DNA of 64,000 nucleotides from an uncultured Treponemataceae bacterium (GCA_964396415.1 CAYNFM010000002.1:25866-89865), one strand, 5' to 3'. Positions 34,880 through 44,651 are shown, counted from the stretch's first letter. A program made the numbers and translations. The notes: generated from the sequence alone by a model not told the origin.

Positions 34880-35155
34880 CTCGCTTAATGAAGTGGGATT
34901 ACGATCAGGGGCGCCCGGCTACTTCCTACCGATCCGGCAATCAATTACCGGTTATCGCATCGAGATATCATTGCCAGGTCAGTAATGATCGTATACGAAA
35001 AATGCTAAAAAAGAAAGGCGGGGATAGCCTCGTCGGAAGCTTCTCACCATTCCATAGAGAAATATAGTCCTTTCTTGACTTTCAAGCTAGAATTCAAGCA
35101 TCATTCAACCTCAATAACCTCAACCCCGACCAATAGCTATAAGGAGACGGTCGCG

Positions 35156-37075
35156 ATGCAGGATAAAAAGCGGATACTGGTAATCGGAGGAGGCTATGGC
35201 GGCGTATGGGCCGGGAAAATACTCGAAAAGCGCTTTCGCAAGCGGGATGACATCGAGATTACTCTCGTCGATAAAAAGCCCTTCCATACGTTGATGACCG
35301 AGCTCCATGAAGTAGCGGCTTGGCGGGCCGAGCCCGAATCGGTCCAGGTGAGCTTCCGAAAGATATTTGGAGCCCAAAAGGTGGCATGCATAGTCGATTC
35401 GATCGAGAAAATCGACTTCGCGGCGAAGATCGCCCGTTCAAAGTCGCGGGAATTTCCTTTCGACTACGTCCTGCTCGGCACCGGAGCCCAACCGGAGTAC
35501 TTCGGGACCCCGGGCGTCCAGGGAAATTGCTTCACGCTTTGGTCCTTCGACGACGCGATGCTCATTCGCCACCATCTCGAGACGATATTCGAAAAGGCCG
35601 TCGAGGAGACCGATCCCGCCGAACGCGGGCGGTTGCTCACCTTCGTGGTCGCGGGCGCGGGATTCACCGGCATAGAATTGGCAGGCGAGCTGCTCGAGTA
35701 TAGGGATTCGATGTGCCGTAAGCACTACCTCGATCCCGCCGAGACAAGGGTGATCGTCATCGAGGCTCTTCCGAACATCCTGCCTATCCTGGAGGAACCT
35801 CTCCGTCGAAAGGCCGAAGCCTATCTTCGAAGGAAGGGCTGCGAGCTCATGATCAGCGCTCCCATAGTCGGGACCGAGGCTGGCAAGGTCATACTGAAGG
35901 AAAGGGATCCTATCGAGACTGGCACTTTCATCTGGACCTGTGGCGTCAAGGGAACTCAGTTCGCGGCCGAGCTCGGCCTTCCCGTCGATAGGCGCAACCG
36001 CCTCGAAACCGACGCCGGGCTTCGCGCAAAGAAGTACCCATTCGTTTTCGCAGTAGGAGACGGCGCCGGCCTCCTAGTCGACGGCCGACCCATGGCGATG
36101 GTGGTCGAATCGGCGCACCGCAGCGCCGAGGCGGCCGCAGGCAACGTCATAGCCGCGATAGACGGCGCGGGAGGCCGCGAATTCAAGCCGAACTACCACG
36201 GCTTCATGGTCTCGATCGGTAGTCGATACGGCGTGTCGAACGCAGGCGGGCTGAAGACTGGCGGCTTCGCGGCGATCGGGATGAAGCACCTCGTCAATTT
36301 GTACTACCTCTTCAACATCGCCGGCATCAACCAAGTATGGGAGTATTTCAAGCACGAGTTCCTGAACATGGATAGCGGTCGTTCCGTAGTCGGCGGATTC
36401 TTTTCGCACAAACTCCGAGGCTACTGGCCCCTCCTTCTCCGCCTCTGGCTCGGCATCGCCTGGCTCTTCGAGGGAATCAACAAGATAGGCGAAGGGTGGC
36501 TCGCATTTCCCTCCGGCACGAAATCTGGATGGATGTTCTCCTCCGGCGTCGTTCAAGCCGGCATCAAGGTCGCCGACGACGCGACCAGCACGGCTACCGT
36601 GGCGGCCGGCCCTGCCGTTGCAGCGGGAACGGCCGCGGCAGGAACCGCGGCGGGTCCGTCGCAGCTCGCCTTCCACAACGTATGGGATTGGACCAACCCC
36701 ATACTCGATCCGCAGGCCGGTTTCGTCCATTGGTTCAAAAAGACATTCATGGACGGGGTTTTTTCCTACCTCCCTTTTCAAGTCTTCCAGTCCATGATCG
36801 TCTTTATGGAGCTCGGCATCGGTCTCGTTCTCATCGGAGGCTTCTTCACTTGGTTCGGCGCGGCGGCGAGCCTCGCGCTTTGCCTGGTGTTCACGCTCTC
36901 GGGCATGTTCGCCTGGAACCAAGCCTGGTTCTTCTTCGCCGCAATCGTGATGATGGGAGGAGGGGGAAGGGCATTCGGCCTCGATTACTGGACGGTTCCT
37001 CTCATCAAGAAGTGGTGGAACGGAAGGAAACTCGCGCGTCGAAGCCATTTATACGTCGGCGAGCCTAGTAAATAG
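35156..37075 (+). CDS. type II NADH:quinone oxidoreductase (NDH-2) fused to a DoxX/DoxD-like membrane domain
   Basis: Trimmed from the TTG ORF start to MQDKKRILVIGGGYGG (AAGGAG RBS). Second fold VVAGAGFTGIELAGEL. C-terminal ~240 aa has DoxX-like helices (LLLRLWLGIAWLFEGINKI; MELGIGLVLIGGFFTWFGAAASL). Confidence 0.8.
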   Translation: MQDKKRILVIGGGYGGVWAGKILEKRFRKRDDIEITLVDKKPFHTLMTELHEVAAWRAEPESVQVSFRKIFGAQKVACIVDSIEKIDFAAKIARSKSREFPFDYVLLGTGAQPEYFGTPGVQGNCFTLWSFDDAMLIRHHLETIFEKAVEETDPAERGRLLTFVVAGAGFTGIELAGELLEYRDSMCRKHYLDPAETRVIVIEALPNILPILEEPLRRKAEAYLRRKGCELMISAPIVGTEAGKVILKERDPIETGTFIWTCGVKGTQFAAELGLPVDRRNRLETDAGLRAKKYPFVFAVGDGAGLLVDGRPMAMVVESAHRSAEAAAGNVIAAIDGAGGREFKPNYHGFMVSIGSRYGVSNAGGLKTGGFAAIGMKHLVNLYYLFNIAGINQVWEYFKHEFLNMDSGRSVVGGFFSHKLRGYWPLLLRLWLGIAWLFEGINKIGEGWLAFPSGTKSGWMFSSGVVQAGIKVADDATSTATVAAGPAVAAGTAAAGTAAGPSQLAFHNVWDWTNPILDPQAGFVHWFKKTFMDGVFSYLPFQVFQSMIVFMELGIGLVLIGGFFTWFGAAASLALCLVFTLSGMFAWNQAWFFFAAIVMMGGGGRAFGLDYWTVPLIKKWWNGRKLARRSHLYVGEPSK

Positions 37076-37093
37076 GCGCGCCATAAGGACGTA

Positions 37094-38077
37094 ATGACCG
37101 ATTTTTGGAGCGGGAGCCCGGCCCTCGAAGCCAGGCTCGAGCGCGTAGTGGCCATGATCGAGGCCACTATCGACGATCGCGGCTTTCCCCTAAGGGAGGC
37201 CACCATGGCAGCCGCCGAGGCGACCGGAAAGCTCCTGCGACCAGCCCTTCTCATCATCGGCTCGAGCTTCGGACGAGCCGCCGAACCCTGCCGAATCGAT
37301 CGGCTGGCCGCGGCGATCGAACTCCTCCATGTGGCTACGCTCGTGCACGACGATATCATCGACGACGCCCCAAAAAGACGCGGCCGCTCGAGCCTTCACG
37401 CCAGCATCGGCGTCAAGGAGGCCGTCCTCGCGGGGGATTGGCTCTTCTCGCGCTGCTTCTTGCTGTCCTCGGAGTGCGCCGAGCCCGAGAACGCGAGAAG
37501 CCTCGCAAGGCTGATAGCGGCCGTCTGCTCTTCCGAGATATCGCAGGATCTGGCCAAGTACCGGTTCTCCCCGAGCGTCCGCTTTTATCTGCGCACCATC
37601 GCCGGCAAGACGGCCGCGCTCTTCTCGCTGGCCCTCTATGCCGGCGCATCCGAGGCCAAGGCCGGCTCCCGGACGGAGCAGACCCTGCGCCGAGCCGGCT
37701 ACGACATCGGAATGGCATTCCAGATAATAGACGACATCCTGGATTTCGAGTCGCTCGAGGATGTCGTACAAAAGCCCGTCGGGAAGGACATCGCCGAGGG
37801 GCTCTGCACCCTGCCGCTGATATACGCGCTTAAGGCGGATGGCCCGGGGATGGAGGCCATTCTCGCGCGCGTCCGGAAAGACGACGCGGCCTCGACCGCG
37901 CGGGCCGCGGTCGAGGCGACATCTCGAGCGATCGAGCTCGGCGGGACGGTAAAGGCGCGGAACGACGCTCGGCGCTTCACCTCCCGCGCCATAACGGAAA
38001 TAGGCCGCCTGCCGCAGTCCTCCTCGCGCGACACCCTAGGGTTCCTCGCCGAGCGCCTCCTGCAAAGGGCCTACTGA
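37094..38077 (+). CDS. polyprenyl diphosphate synthase (long-chain trans-IPPS)
   Basis: 327 aa. LVHDDIIDDAPKRRG and FQIIDDILD aspartate-rich motifs. Confidence 0.85.
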   Translation: MTDFWSGSPALEARLERVVAMIEATIDDRGFPLREATMAAAEATGKLLRPALLIIGSSFGRAAEPCRIDRLAAAIELLHVATLVHDDIIDDAPKRRGRSSLHASIGVKEAVLAGDWLFSRCFLLSSECAEPENARSLARLIAAVCSSEISQDLAKYRFSPSVRFYLRTIAGKTAALFSLALYAGASEAKAGSRTEQTLRRAGYDIGMAFQIIDDILDFESLEDVVQKPVGKDIAEGLCTLPLIYALKADGPGMEAILARVRKDDAASTARAAVEATSRAIELGGTVKARNDARRFTSRAITEIGRLPQSSSRDTLGFLAERLLQRAY

Positions 38078-38078
38078 G

Positions 38079-38642
38079 ATGCTGCTTTCGTCTTTCCTCC
38101 TCGCCTTAATCCTCTCCCTTGACGCGATGGCGGTCTCGATCGCCAACGGCATCTGCATCGCGGACCTAAGCCCCTATCATGCGGTTCGCGCGAGCCTATT
38201 CTTCGGCATATTTCAGTTCGCAATGCCCGTCGCGGGCTGGCTCATCGGCGCTGCGTTTCACTCATACATACTAGGTTTCAGCCGATGGCTGGCCTTCGGC
38301 TTACTCGTCCTCGTCGGCGCCAAGATGATCATGGAGTCTTTCGGGATCCGCGATCCGGCCTCCTGTTCGGACGAAGAGAAGGCCAGCTCGGACGTTCGCG
38401 ACTTCAAGACTCTCCTCTTGCTCTCCATGGCCACGAGCATTGACGCGATGGCCATAGGCCTTTCCTATAGCATCCTCGGCAGGCCCATATTGGGACCGGC
38501 GGCGATCATCGGCCTAGTCACCTTCGCGGTCTGCACGGCGGGGACCGAGCTAGGCAAGCGCATCGGCGCTCGCTTCGAGCGTTGGGCGGGCTTGGCTGGA
38601 GGCGTCATCCTGATCGGACTCGGAATTAAGGCTTTGCTGTAA
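38079..38642 (+). CDS. mntP: manganese efflux pump MntP
   Basis: 187 aa. Duplicated LSLDAMAVS / TSIDAMAIG motifs. Six TM helices. Confidence 0.85.
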   Translation: MLLSSFLLALILSLDAMAVSIANGICIADLSPYHAVRASLFFGIFQFAMPVAGWLIGAAFHSYILGFSRWLAFGLLVLVGAKMIMESFGIRDPASCSDEEKASSDVRDFKTLLLLSMATSIDAMAIGLSYSILGRPILGPAAIIGLVTFAVCTAGTELGKRIGARFERWAGLAGGVILIGLGIKALL

Positions 38643-38684
38643 CGCGGCCTTCAGGCAAGCGGGTCCTTCCAGAGGAGGGCGACG

Positions 38685-39824
38685 CTAGCCCTTCAGCTCG
38701 CTAAGCTTTACGGGTTGGGGTTCCTCGGGCTCTCCCTCGTTCTCTCGGAGCTGCTCGAGCAGCTCGCGTTCGTATTTAGTCAGTTTTTGAGGCACCTGGA
38801 CAAGAAGTTTGAGGTAGAGGTCGCCGCGACGTCCGCCGGGAACAGGAACGCCTTCCTCGCGAATGCGAAGCATCTTGCCGTACTGGGCCCCGGCCGGCAC
38901 GCTTACCTTGATCTTCTTGCCCTCGATGGTGTCGAAAGCGATTTCGCCGCCCAAGGCCGCCATCGTGAGACTGATGGGTATCGCGCAATACAGGTCCGCT
39001 CCGTCGCGCTCGAAATACTCATGGCTCCGTACGTGCATGAATACGTAGAGGTCACCGGGAGCGCCTCCGTTGGGACCCGCGTCGCCCTGGCCAGGAATGG
39101 AGACGCGTTTGCCATCCTCAACTCCAGGCGGGATAGTGACCTTGATCTTCATCTTTTTCTTAGCCAGACCCGAGCCGGCGCAATCGCGGCAAGGCTTCTC
39201 GATCACCGAGCCTTCGCCTCGGCAACTCGGGCAGGTCTGCGCTATCGAGAAAAAACCCGAACTCCGGCGCACCTGGCCCGAGCCCTGACAAGTAGGACAG
39301 ACTCGCTTACCGGCGCCGTCCGCGCTCCCCGCGCCGTGGCATGTCTTGCAGGAATCATTCTTGGTATAAGCGATCTCCACGCTCGTTCCGAAGACGGCCT
39401 GCTCGAAGGAGAGCTCGAGATCGTAGCGGAGGTTGGCCCCCCGAGTCGTGTGCTCGCCGCCTCTGCTCCTGCCGTCCGTGCCGCCTCCACCGAAGAGGGA
39501 GTCGAAGATATTGGAAAAACCACCGAAGCCGCCGAAAATGTCTTCAAAGTCCTTGAATACCGAAGAGAAGTCCTGACCCGAGCCAGCACCACCCATGCCC
39601 TCGACGCCCGCGAAGCCGAATTGATCGTAGGTTTTGCGTTTTTGGTCGTCGCCAAGCACTTCATAGGCTTCCGTAGCCTCCTTGAAGCGCTCCTCTGCAG
39701 CCTTGTCCCCCGGATTCTTATCAGGATGGTTCTGTATCGCGAGGCGGCGATACGCCTTCTTGATATCGTCCTTGGTCGAGTCCTTCCCGACGCCGAGAAC
39801 TTCATAGTAATCACGCTTGGCCAA
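38685..39824 (-). CDS. dnaJ: molecular chaperone DnaJ
   Basis: I prefer the TTG at 39824, giving MAKRDYYEVLGV (GAGG 6 nt upstream), over the ORF-track start at 39836. HPDKNP. G/F region. Four CxxCxGxG repeats. Confidence 0.9.
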   Translation of the reverse strand: MAKRDYYEVLGVGKDSTKDDIKKAYRRLAIQNHPDKNPGDKAAEERFKEATEAYEVLGDDQKRKTYDQFGFAGVEGMGGAGSGQDFSSVFKDFEDIFGGFGGFSNIFDSLFGGGGTDGRSRGGEHTTRGANLRYDLELSFEQAVFGTSVEIAYTKNDSCKTCHGAGSADGAGKRVCPTCQGSGQVRRSSGFFSIAQTCPSCRGEGSVIEKPCRDCAGSGLAKKKMKIKVTIPPGVEDGKRVSIPGQGDAGPNGGAPGDLYVFMHVRSHEYFERDGADLYCAIPISLTMAALGGEIAFDTIEGKKIKVSVPAGAQYGKMLRIREEGVPVPGGRRGDLYLKLLVQVPQKLTKYERELLEQLRENEGEPEEPQPVKLSELKG

Positions 39825-39920
39825 ATTCAACCTCAATCAAAGGTGTAGGCTCGAAGGCCGATGACGGAGAGCGAAAACGAAAAAAGGTCATTCGCCCTCC
39901 CCCCGCTCTCGAATCTCCGC

Positions 39921-41870
39921 CTATTTTTTCTCTTCGTCGTCGACGACGCGGTAGTCGACATCCTCCGCGCTTCCGGCCTTGCCGGAGGCGCCCGCATCGG
40001 CGTCGGCCGAGGCACCGGGGCCCGCTCCGCCTTCCCCTGACTGGACCCCTCCGGACCCGCCCTGCGGAGACGCATTCTTATAAATTTCCTCGGCGAGCTT
40101 GTAGGAAGCCTGCTTGAGAGCCTCGGTCTTGGCCTTCATCGCCTCGACGTCCTGACCCTCGAGGGCCTTCTTGAGATCGGCCGCAGCCGCCTCAATGGCC
40201 GCTCTATCGGAGGCTCCCACTTTATCGCCGTAATCCTTGAGGGACTTCTCAGTCGTGTACAGAAGTCCGTCAGCCTCGTTCCGGGCATCGGCGCGCTCCC
40301 GCTCGCGCTTATCCTCGGCGGCATGCGCCTCGGCCTCCTTGACCATCTTGTCGATCTGATCGTCGTTGAGCCCGCTCGAGGCCTCGATCCGAATCTTCTG
40401 CTCCTTGCCCGTACCGAGGTCCTTGGCGGAGACGTGGACGATGCCGTTGGCGTCTATATCGAAGGTGACCTCGACCTGGGGCACGCCTCGAGGCGCGGGA
40501 GGGATGCCGACGAGATCGAAGCGCCCTAGAGTGCGGTTCTGGCCGGCCATCTCGCGCTCTCCCTGAAGGACGTGGATCGAAACGGCGGTCTGGCCGTCCG
40601 CGGCGGTCGAAAAGATCTGGCTCTTGCGGCAGGGAATGGTGGTGTTGCGCGTAATGAGCCTGGTGAAGACACCGCCCAGAGTCTCGATGCCGAGGGAAAG
40701 AGGCGTAACGTCGAGGAGGAGGACGTCCTTGACCTCGCCGCCGAGTATGCCGCCTTGAATTGCGGCGCCGACGGCTACGGCTTCGTCGGGATTAACCCCC
40801 TTCGAGGGCTCCTTGCCGAAGAGATCCCGTACGATAGCCTGTACCTTCGGGATTCGAGTAGAACCCCCGACCAGGATCACCTCGTCGATCTGCGCGGCGG
40901 TAAGCCCGGCATCCGCAAGGGCCTTGGTGCAGGGGGTCTTGGAACGTTCGAGCAGGTCATCGATCATCCGCTCGAAAGCCGAGCGGGAGAGGGTTTTCTG
41001 GAGATGCTTGGGACCCGAGGCGTCGGCCGTTATGAAGGGCAGGTTAATCTCGGTCTGCTGGACGTTGGAAAGCTCGATCTTGGCCTTTTCCGCCGCCTCC
41101 TTGAGGCGTTGGAGGGCCATGCGATCCTGTGAAAGGTCGATCCCACTATCCTTCTTAAACTCGTCGACGAGCCACTGCATCACTCTCCGGTCGAAGTCGT
41201 CCCCGCCCAGATGGGTGTCGCCGTTCGTTGACTTGACCTCGAAGACGCCCTCGCCGAGTTCGAGGATTGAAATATCGAAGGTGCCTCCGCCCAAGTCGTA
41301 AACGGCGATGGTCTTTTCCTTCTTCTGATCCTTATTGTAGCCGAAGGCCAGGGAGGCCGCAGTCGGCTCATTAATGATACGCTTGACCTCCAGCCCGGCA
41401 ATCTTGCCCGCGTCCTTGGTGGCCTGTCGCTGCGCATCGTTGAAATAGGCAGGTACCGTGATGACAGCCTCTCCGACCGTCTCGCCGAGATAATCCTCAG
41501 CCGTTTTCTTCATCTTCTGGAGAATGAAGGCTGAGACCTCCTGGGGGCTATAGCCTTTACCGGAGATATCGACGCGGACGTCCGAACCATTATCGACGAC
41601 ATGGTAGGGTACGAGCTTCGTCTCGTCAGTCACCTCCTGGTATCGACGGCCCATAAAACGCTTGATGGAATAGACCGTATTCTCCGGGTTGGTGATCATC
41701 TGATTCTTTGCCGGTTGTCCGACGACACGCTCGCCCTTGGGCGTAAAGCCTACAATGGAGGGAGTTGTACGCTGGCCCTCGGAATTGGCTATTACAACGG
41801 GCTCCCCGCCTTCCATGACCGCCACACAGGAATTGGTGGTGCCTAAGTCGATCCCTATTATTCTTCCCAT
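39921..41870 (-). CDS. dnaK: molecular chaperone DnaK
   Basis: 649 aa. [22 protein letters not shown]-less acidic tail. Confidence 0.97.
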   Translation of the reverse strand: MGRIIGIDLGTTNSCVAVMEGGEPVVIANSEGQRTTPSIVGFTPKGERVVGQPAKNQMITNPENTVYSIKRFMGRRYQEVTDETKLVPYHVVDNGSDVRVDISGKGYSPQEVSAFILQKMKKTAEDYLGETVGEAVITVPAYFNDAQRQATKDAGKIAGLEVKRIINEPTAASLAFGYNKDQKKEKTIAVYDLGGGTFDISILELGEGVFEVKSTNGDTHLGGDDFDRRVMQWLVDEFKKDSGIDLSQDRMALQRLKEAAEKAKIELSNVQQTEINLPFITADASGPKHLQKTLSRSAFERMIDDLLERSKTPCTKALADAGLTAAQIDEVILVGGSTRIPKVQAIVRDLFGKEPSKGVNPDEAVAVGAAIQGGILGGEVKDVLLLDVTPLSLGIETLGGVFTRLITRNTTIPCRKSQIFSTAADGQTAVSIHVLQGEREMAGQNRTLGRFDLVGIPPAPRGVPQVEVTFDIDANGIVHVSAKDLGTGKEQKIRIEASSGLNDDQIDKMVKEAEAHAAEDKRERERADARNEADGLLYTTEKSLKDYGDKVGASDRAAIEAAAADLKKALEGQDVEAMKAKTEALKQASYKLAEEIYKNASPQGGSGGVQSGEGGAGPGASADADAGASGKAGSAEDVDYRVVDDEEKK

Positions 41871-41885
41871 ATTATCTGCTCCTTC

Positions 41886-42575
41886 CTAATTCGCGTTAGT
41901 ATCGGTGCCGTTAGCCTCAGCCGTGGCTTCCGTGGCGGCATCCCGGGTAGCAGCGGGCATACGTACCCTGACCTTGGCTGTCCTAAGGACCCTATCGTGG
42001 AGTCCATAGCCGGGGAGGAACTCTTCTGCCACGACCGCCTCCTCCCCGTCTTCGGGTCCCCCTTGAACCATGGCTACGGCTTCATGGTGATGCGGATCGA
42101 AGGGCTTACCTAGCGACTCGAAGCGGGAAAGGCCGTATTTAGACTGAAGCACTGAACCGAGCTGGCGCTTTATGAGCAGAACGCCGTCGTGGAGAACCGA
42201 GTAATCCTTCTGGATCTCGGCGCTCGCGATAGCGCGATCGAAATCATCCAATATGGGAATCAGGTCTCCCAGAAGGCTTGATACAGCATAGCGCTGGCCA
42301 TCTTCTTTTTCTCGGGCCATCCGTTTGCGAAAATTGATGTCATCGGCCAGCTTTCTCAAGTATTTGTCGTTGACCGCGGTGAACTCTTTCCTCAACATCT
42401 CGAGTTCGGACTCAAGAGCGGCGATCTTATTCGAACGCTCATCCTCGGGCCTAGCCTCGGCCTCTTCGATAGCCCCTTCCGGATCCGCTTCGTCCGCTTG
42501 GCCCTCGGACAAGATTGAAGCCTCGACAGGCGAATCCTTTGGCTCGTCGTGAGTCTCCTCCTGCTTAATCGACAT
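41886..42575 (-). CDS. grpE: nucleotide exchange factor GrpE
   Basis: Trimmed to MSIKQEE (GGTGGAAAG RBS). RKRMAREKED, coiled coil and C-terminal beta domain. Confidence 0.9.
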   Translation of the reverse strand: MSIKQEETHDEPKDSPVEASILSEGQADEADPEGAIEEAEARPEDERSNKIAALESELEMLRKEFTAVNDKYLRKLADDINFRKRMAREKEDGQRYAVSSLLGDLIPILDDFDRAIASAEIQKDYSVLHDGVLLIKRQLGSVLQSKYGLSRFESLGKPFDPHHHEAVAMVQGGPEDGEEAVVAEEFLPGYGLHDRVLRTAKVRVRMPAATRDAATEATAEANGTDTNAN

Positions 42576-42624
42576 CTTTCCACCTAATTCGGGGCTTGGG
42601 TGGCCCTCTTGAAGTATCATTAAA

Positions 42625-42651
42625 ATAATAACTAATATCCGATGACGTCAA
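42625..42651 (-). promoter_or_regulatory. possible sigma-70-type promoter of grpE-dnaK-dnaJ
   Basis: Minus strand has TTGACG (42651-42646) followed by an AT-rich TATTAT/TTATTT block at 15-17 nt spacing. The -10 register is ambiguous. Confidence 0.25.
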
Positions 42652-42708
42652 TACGAAATACCCCTTTCGGTAGTAGCATTATCTATTATCGAAGCTATTT
42701 GGAGGTTT

Positions 42709-42724
42709 CGGCATGATTATTGCT
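42709..42724 (+). promoter_or_regulatory. sigma-54-type -24/-12 element upstream of rpoN
   Basis: cGGCATG-atta-TTGCT against consensus TGGCACG-N4-TTGCW. GG and GC are correctly spaced (12 nt). About 80 nt upstream of the rpoN GTG. Confidence 0.3.
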
Positions 42725-42756
42725 GTCATTTTCCTCGACATTCAACGTTCTCCTGC

Positions 42757-42784
42757 TTGACATTCGGGACTCAGGGCTTAGATT
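42757..42784 (+). promoter_or_regulatory. sigma-70-type promoter TTGACA-N16-TAGATT for rpoN
   Basis: Read directly. GGAGG SD at 42793-42797, GTG at 42803. Confidence 0.35.
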
Positions 42785-42802
42785 TCAAATACGGAGGTTA
42801 GG

Positions 42803-44257
42803 GTGCAGCTTCAGAAGCCAATGCTCATCGCGGAGCAACGCCAAAAACTCAGCCCTCAAATGATTCAATCGATTAAATTGATGGCGATGCCGCTTCAGGA
42901 GCTCAAAGAGCAGATCCAGGAAGAGATCGAGGCGAACCCGGCCCTAGAGATCGTATCCGATGCTTCCACCCTCTCATTGGAAAGCCTTCCCGAAGAGGAG
43001 TCGAGGGAGAGCGAGGAATCTTCCCCATTCGAGAACAGCTCTGATCCGGGCTTTTCCTCGTATTCGGGTTCGGACGAGGATTCGAGGAGGATGTTCATCG
43101 AAGGAGCGATTGCAAGGCCTGAAACCTTGCAGGAGCATCTGCTCTGGCAGCTTCGCCTCCAGCGTATCGACGAGGCCGAGCGCGCCATCGGCGAGGCTCT
43201 CATCCAGAACCTCGACGATGACGGCTTCCACAAGGAAAACCCCTACCTGCTCTTCCCTAGGATACCGAGGGCGGAGGTGGAGAGGGTCATGTCTTTAGTA
43301 CGCGGCTTCGAGCCCACGGGAACATGCTGTTCCGACTTTCGCGAAAGTCTCCTCGTCCAGGCATCGCTCATGAACGAGGCCCCTGCGACGGCGATAGCCA
43401 TTCTCCGTGAGCATTTGGATCTCCTCGAAAAAGGCAAGCATGCGGAGATACAGAAGCGCCTGAAGCTGACCGATCCGGAGCTTCAGGCTGCCCTCGGCTT
43501 AATCAAGAGCCTCGCGCCTTTCCCGGGCCGGGCCTATTCCACCGAGGAACCGCGCTATGTCCTACCCGACCTTCTGGTAAAGCTGAAAGACGGGGATTTG
43601 GTCATTGTGCTCAACGACGAGGAGATCCCGGTTCTCGGGATAGACCCCTTCTTCGATAATCTCGCCGTGCGCGCCGAGGCAGGGAGGAGGAGCGCCTCCA
43701 ACGCCGGTGCCTCCCGCATAGAGGACGCTCCGCGTCCCAATACCGGCCCTCATCCCACTGACCGGGCGACAAGCGCCTATGTGCGGGACAACATCAAGCA
43801 GGCGAAGTTCTTCATCCGTTCGATACATCAGCGCAACCAGACCCTGCTCAAGGTCGCGCGCGCGGTGGTCGAGTTCCAGCGGGCATTTTTCGCCGAAGGC
43901 CCGAAACGACTTGCGCCCCTGACGCTGAAGGACGTGGCCGACGAGATCGGCGTCCATGAGACGACCGTCTCGCGCATCGCGAACCGCAAGTATATGCAGA
44001 CGGACTGGGGCATCTTCGAGCTTCGATATTTCTTCACCAATTCCATCTCAGGCGCGGGCTCGCGGGGCTCGAGCTTCTCAAAAGAAGGAGTGAAGCAAGT
44101 CATAAAGGAAATCATCGAGGCCGAGGCCTCTATCCTCTCCGACCGCGATATAACCGAGGTGCTGGCTCGCAAGGGCATCAAGCTCGCGCGCCGCACCGTC
44201 GCCAAGTATCGCGGCGAGCTCGACCTCGGCTCATCCTTCGGTAGGAAGCGAGTCTAA
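42803..44257 (+). CDS. rpoN: RNA polymerase sigma-54 factor RpoN
   Basis: 484 aa, GTG start. Region I QKLSPQMIQSIKLMAMPLQEL. RpoN box ARRTVAKYR. Confidence 0.92.
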   Translation: MQLQKPMLIAEQRQKLSPQMIQSIKLMAMPLQELKEQIQEEIEANPALEIVSDASTLSLESLPEEESRESEESSPFENSSDPGFSSYSGSDEDSRRMFIEGAIARPETLQEHLLWQLRLQRIDEAERAIGEALIQNLDDDGFHKENPYLLFPRIPRAEVERVMSLVRGFEPTGTCCSDFRESLLVQASLMNEAPATAIAILREHLDLLEKGKHAEIQKRLKLTDPELQAALGLIKSLAPFPGRAYSTEEPRYVLPDLLVKLKDGDLVIVLNDEEIPVLGIDPFFDNLAVRAEAGRRSASNAGASRIEDAPRPNTGPHPTDRATSAYVRDNIKQAKFFIRSIHQRNQTLLKVARAVVEFQRAFFAEGPKRLAPLTLKDVADEIGVHETTVSRIANRKYMQTDWGIFELRYFFTNSISGAGSRGSSFSKEGVKQVIKEIIEAEASILSDRDITEVLARKGIKLARRTVAKYRGELDLGSSFGRKRV

Positions 44258-44284
44258 GACGATCGATATAGTAAGGAGGCTCGA

Positions 44285-44575
44285 ATGACTGTCGATGTTC
44301 GGTGCGTTCATTTCGAACTAAGCGAGAACAGTAGGGCTTATCTAGACGCCAAGGTAGAGAGGATCGGCTACGCGAAGGACATGATCGTCGACCTTATCTT
44401 CGTCATCACAAAAGACAAGGAATTCAAGCTCGAGGCAACGGTCAACTTCCGTTGGGGTCTCCAGGCTCATATGGAAGAACGAGACTTCGATTTGAATCCC
44501 GGCATCGACAAACTTATGGACAGGCTCGAACAGAAAATCTCGAAGGAGAAGGAGAAAGTACAGGAGCATAAATAG
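44285..44575 (+). CDS. hpf: ribosome hibernation promoting factor / sigma-54 modulation protein (short HPF)
   Basis: 96 aa. Position directly after rpoN and the S30AE-family beta-alpha-beta pattern. Confidence 0.8.
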   Translation: MTVDVRCVHFELSENSRAYLDAKVERIGYAKDMIVDLIFVITKDKEFKLEATVNFRWGLQAHMEERDFDLNPGIDKLMDRLEQKISKEKEKVQEHK

Positions 44576-44651
44576 GCGTCAAAGGCGCGCGCCTGCCAAT
44601 CCCCGCTCGATCGTCATTGCACCTCGGGCGCTTCCGTAGTAGACTCGCTCC

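Noticed and set aside
39837-39920. GAGAGCG...CGCTCTC inverted repeat between dnaK and dnaJ as a terminator
   Set aside because: The stem is only 7 bp with a loop of about 24 nt and an internal rather than trailing T-run. At most it is a weak attenuator of the kind common between dnaK and dnaJ.
42576-42802. Expected CIRCE element or hrcA upstream of grpE-dnaK-dnaJ
   Set aside because: No TTAGCACTC-N9-GAGTGCTAA-like inverted repeat is present in the spacer, and the upstream gene is divergent rpoN, not hrcA. Absence is noted, not a feature.
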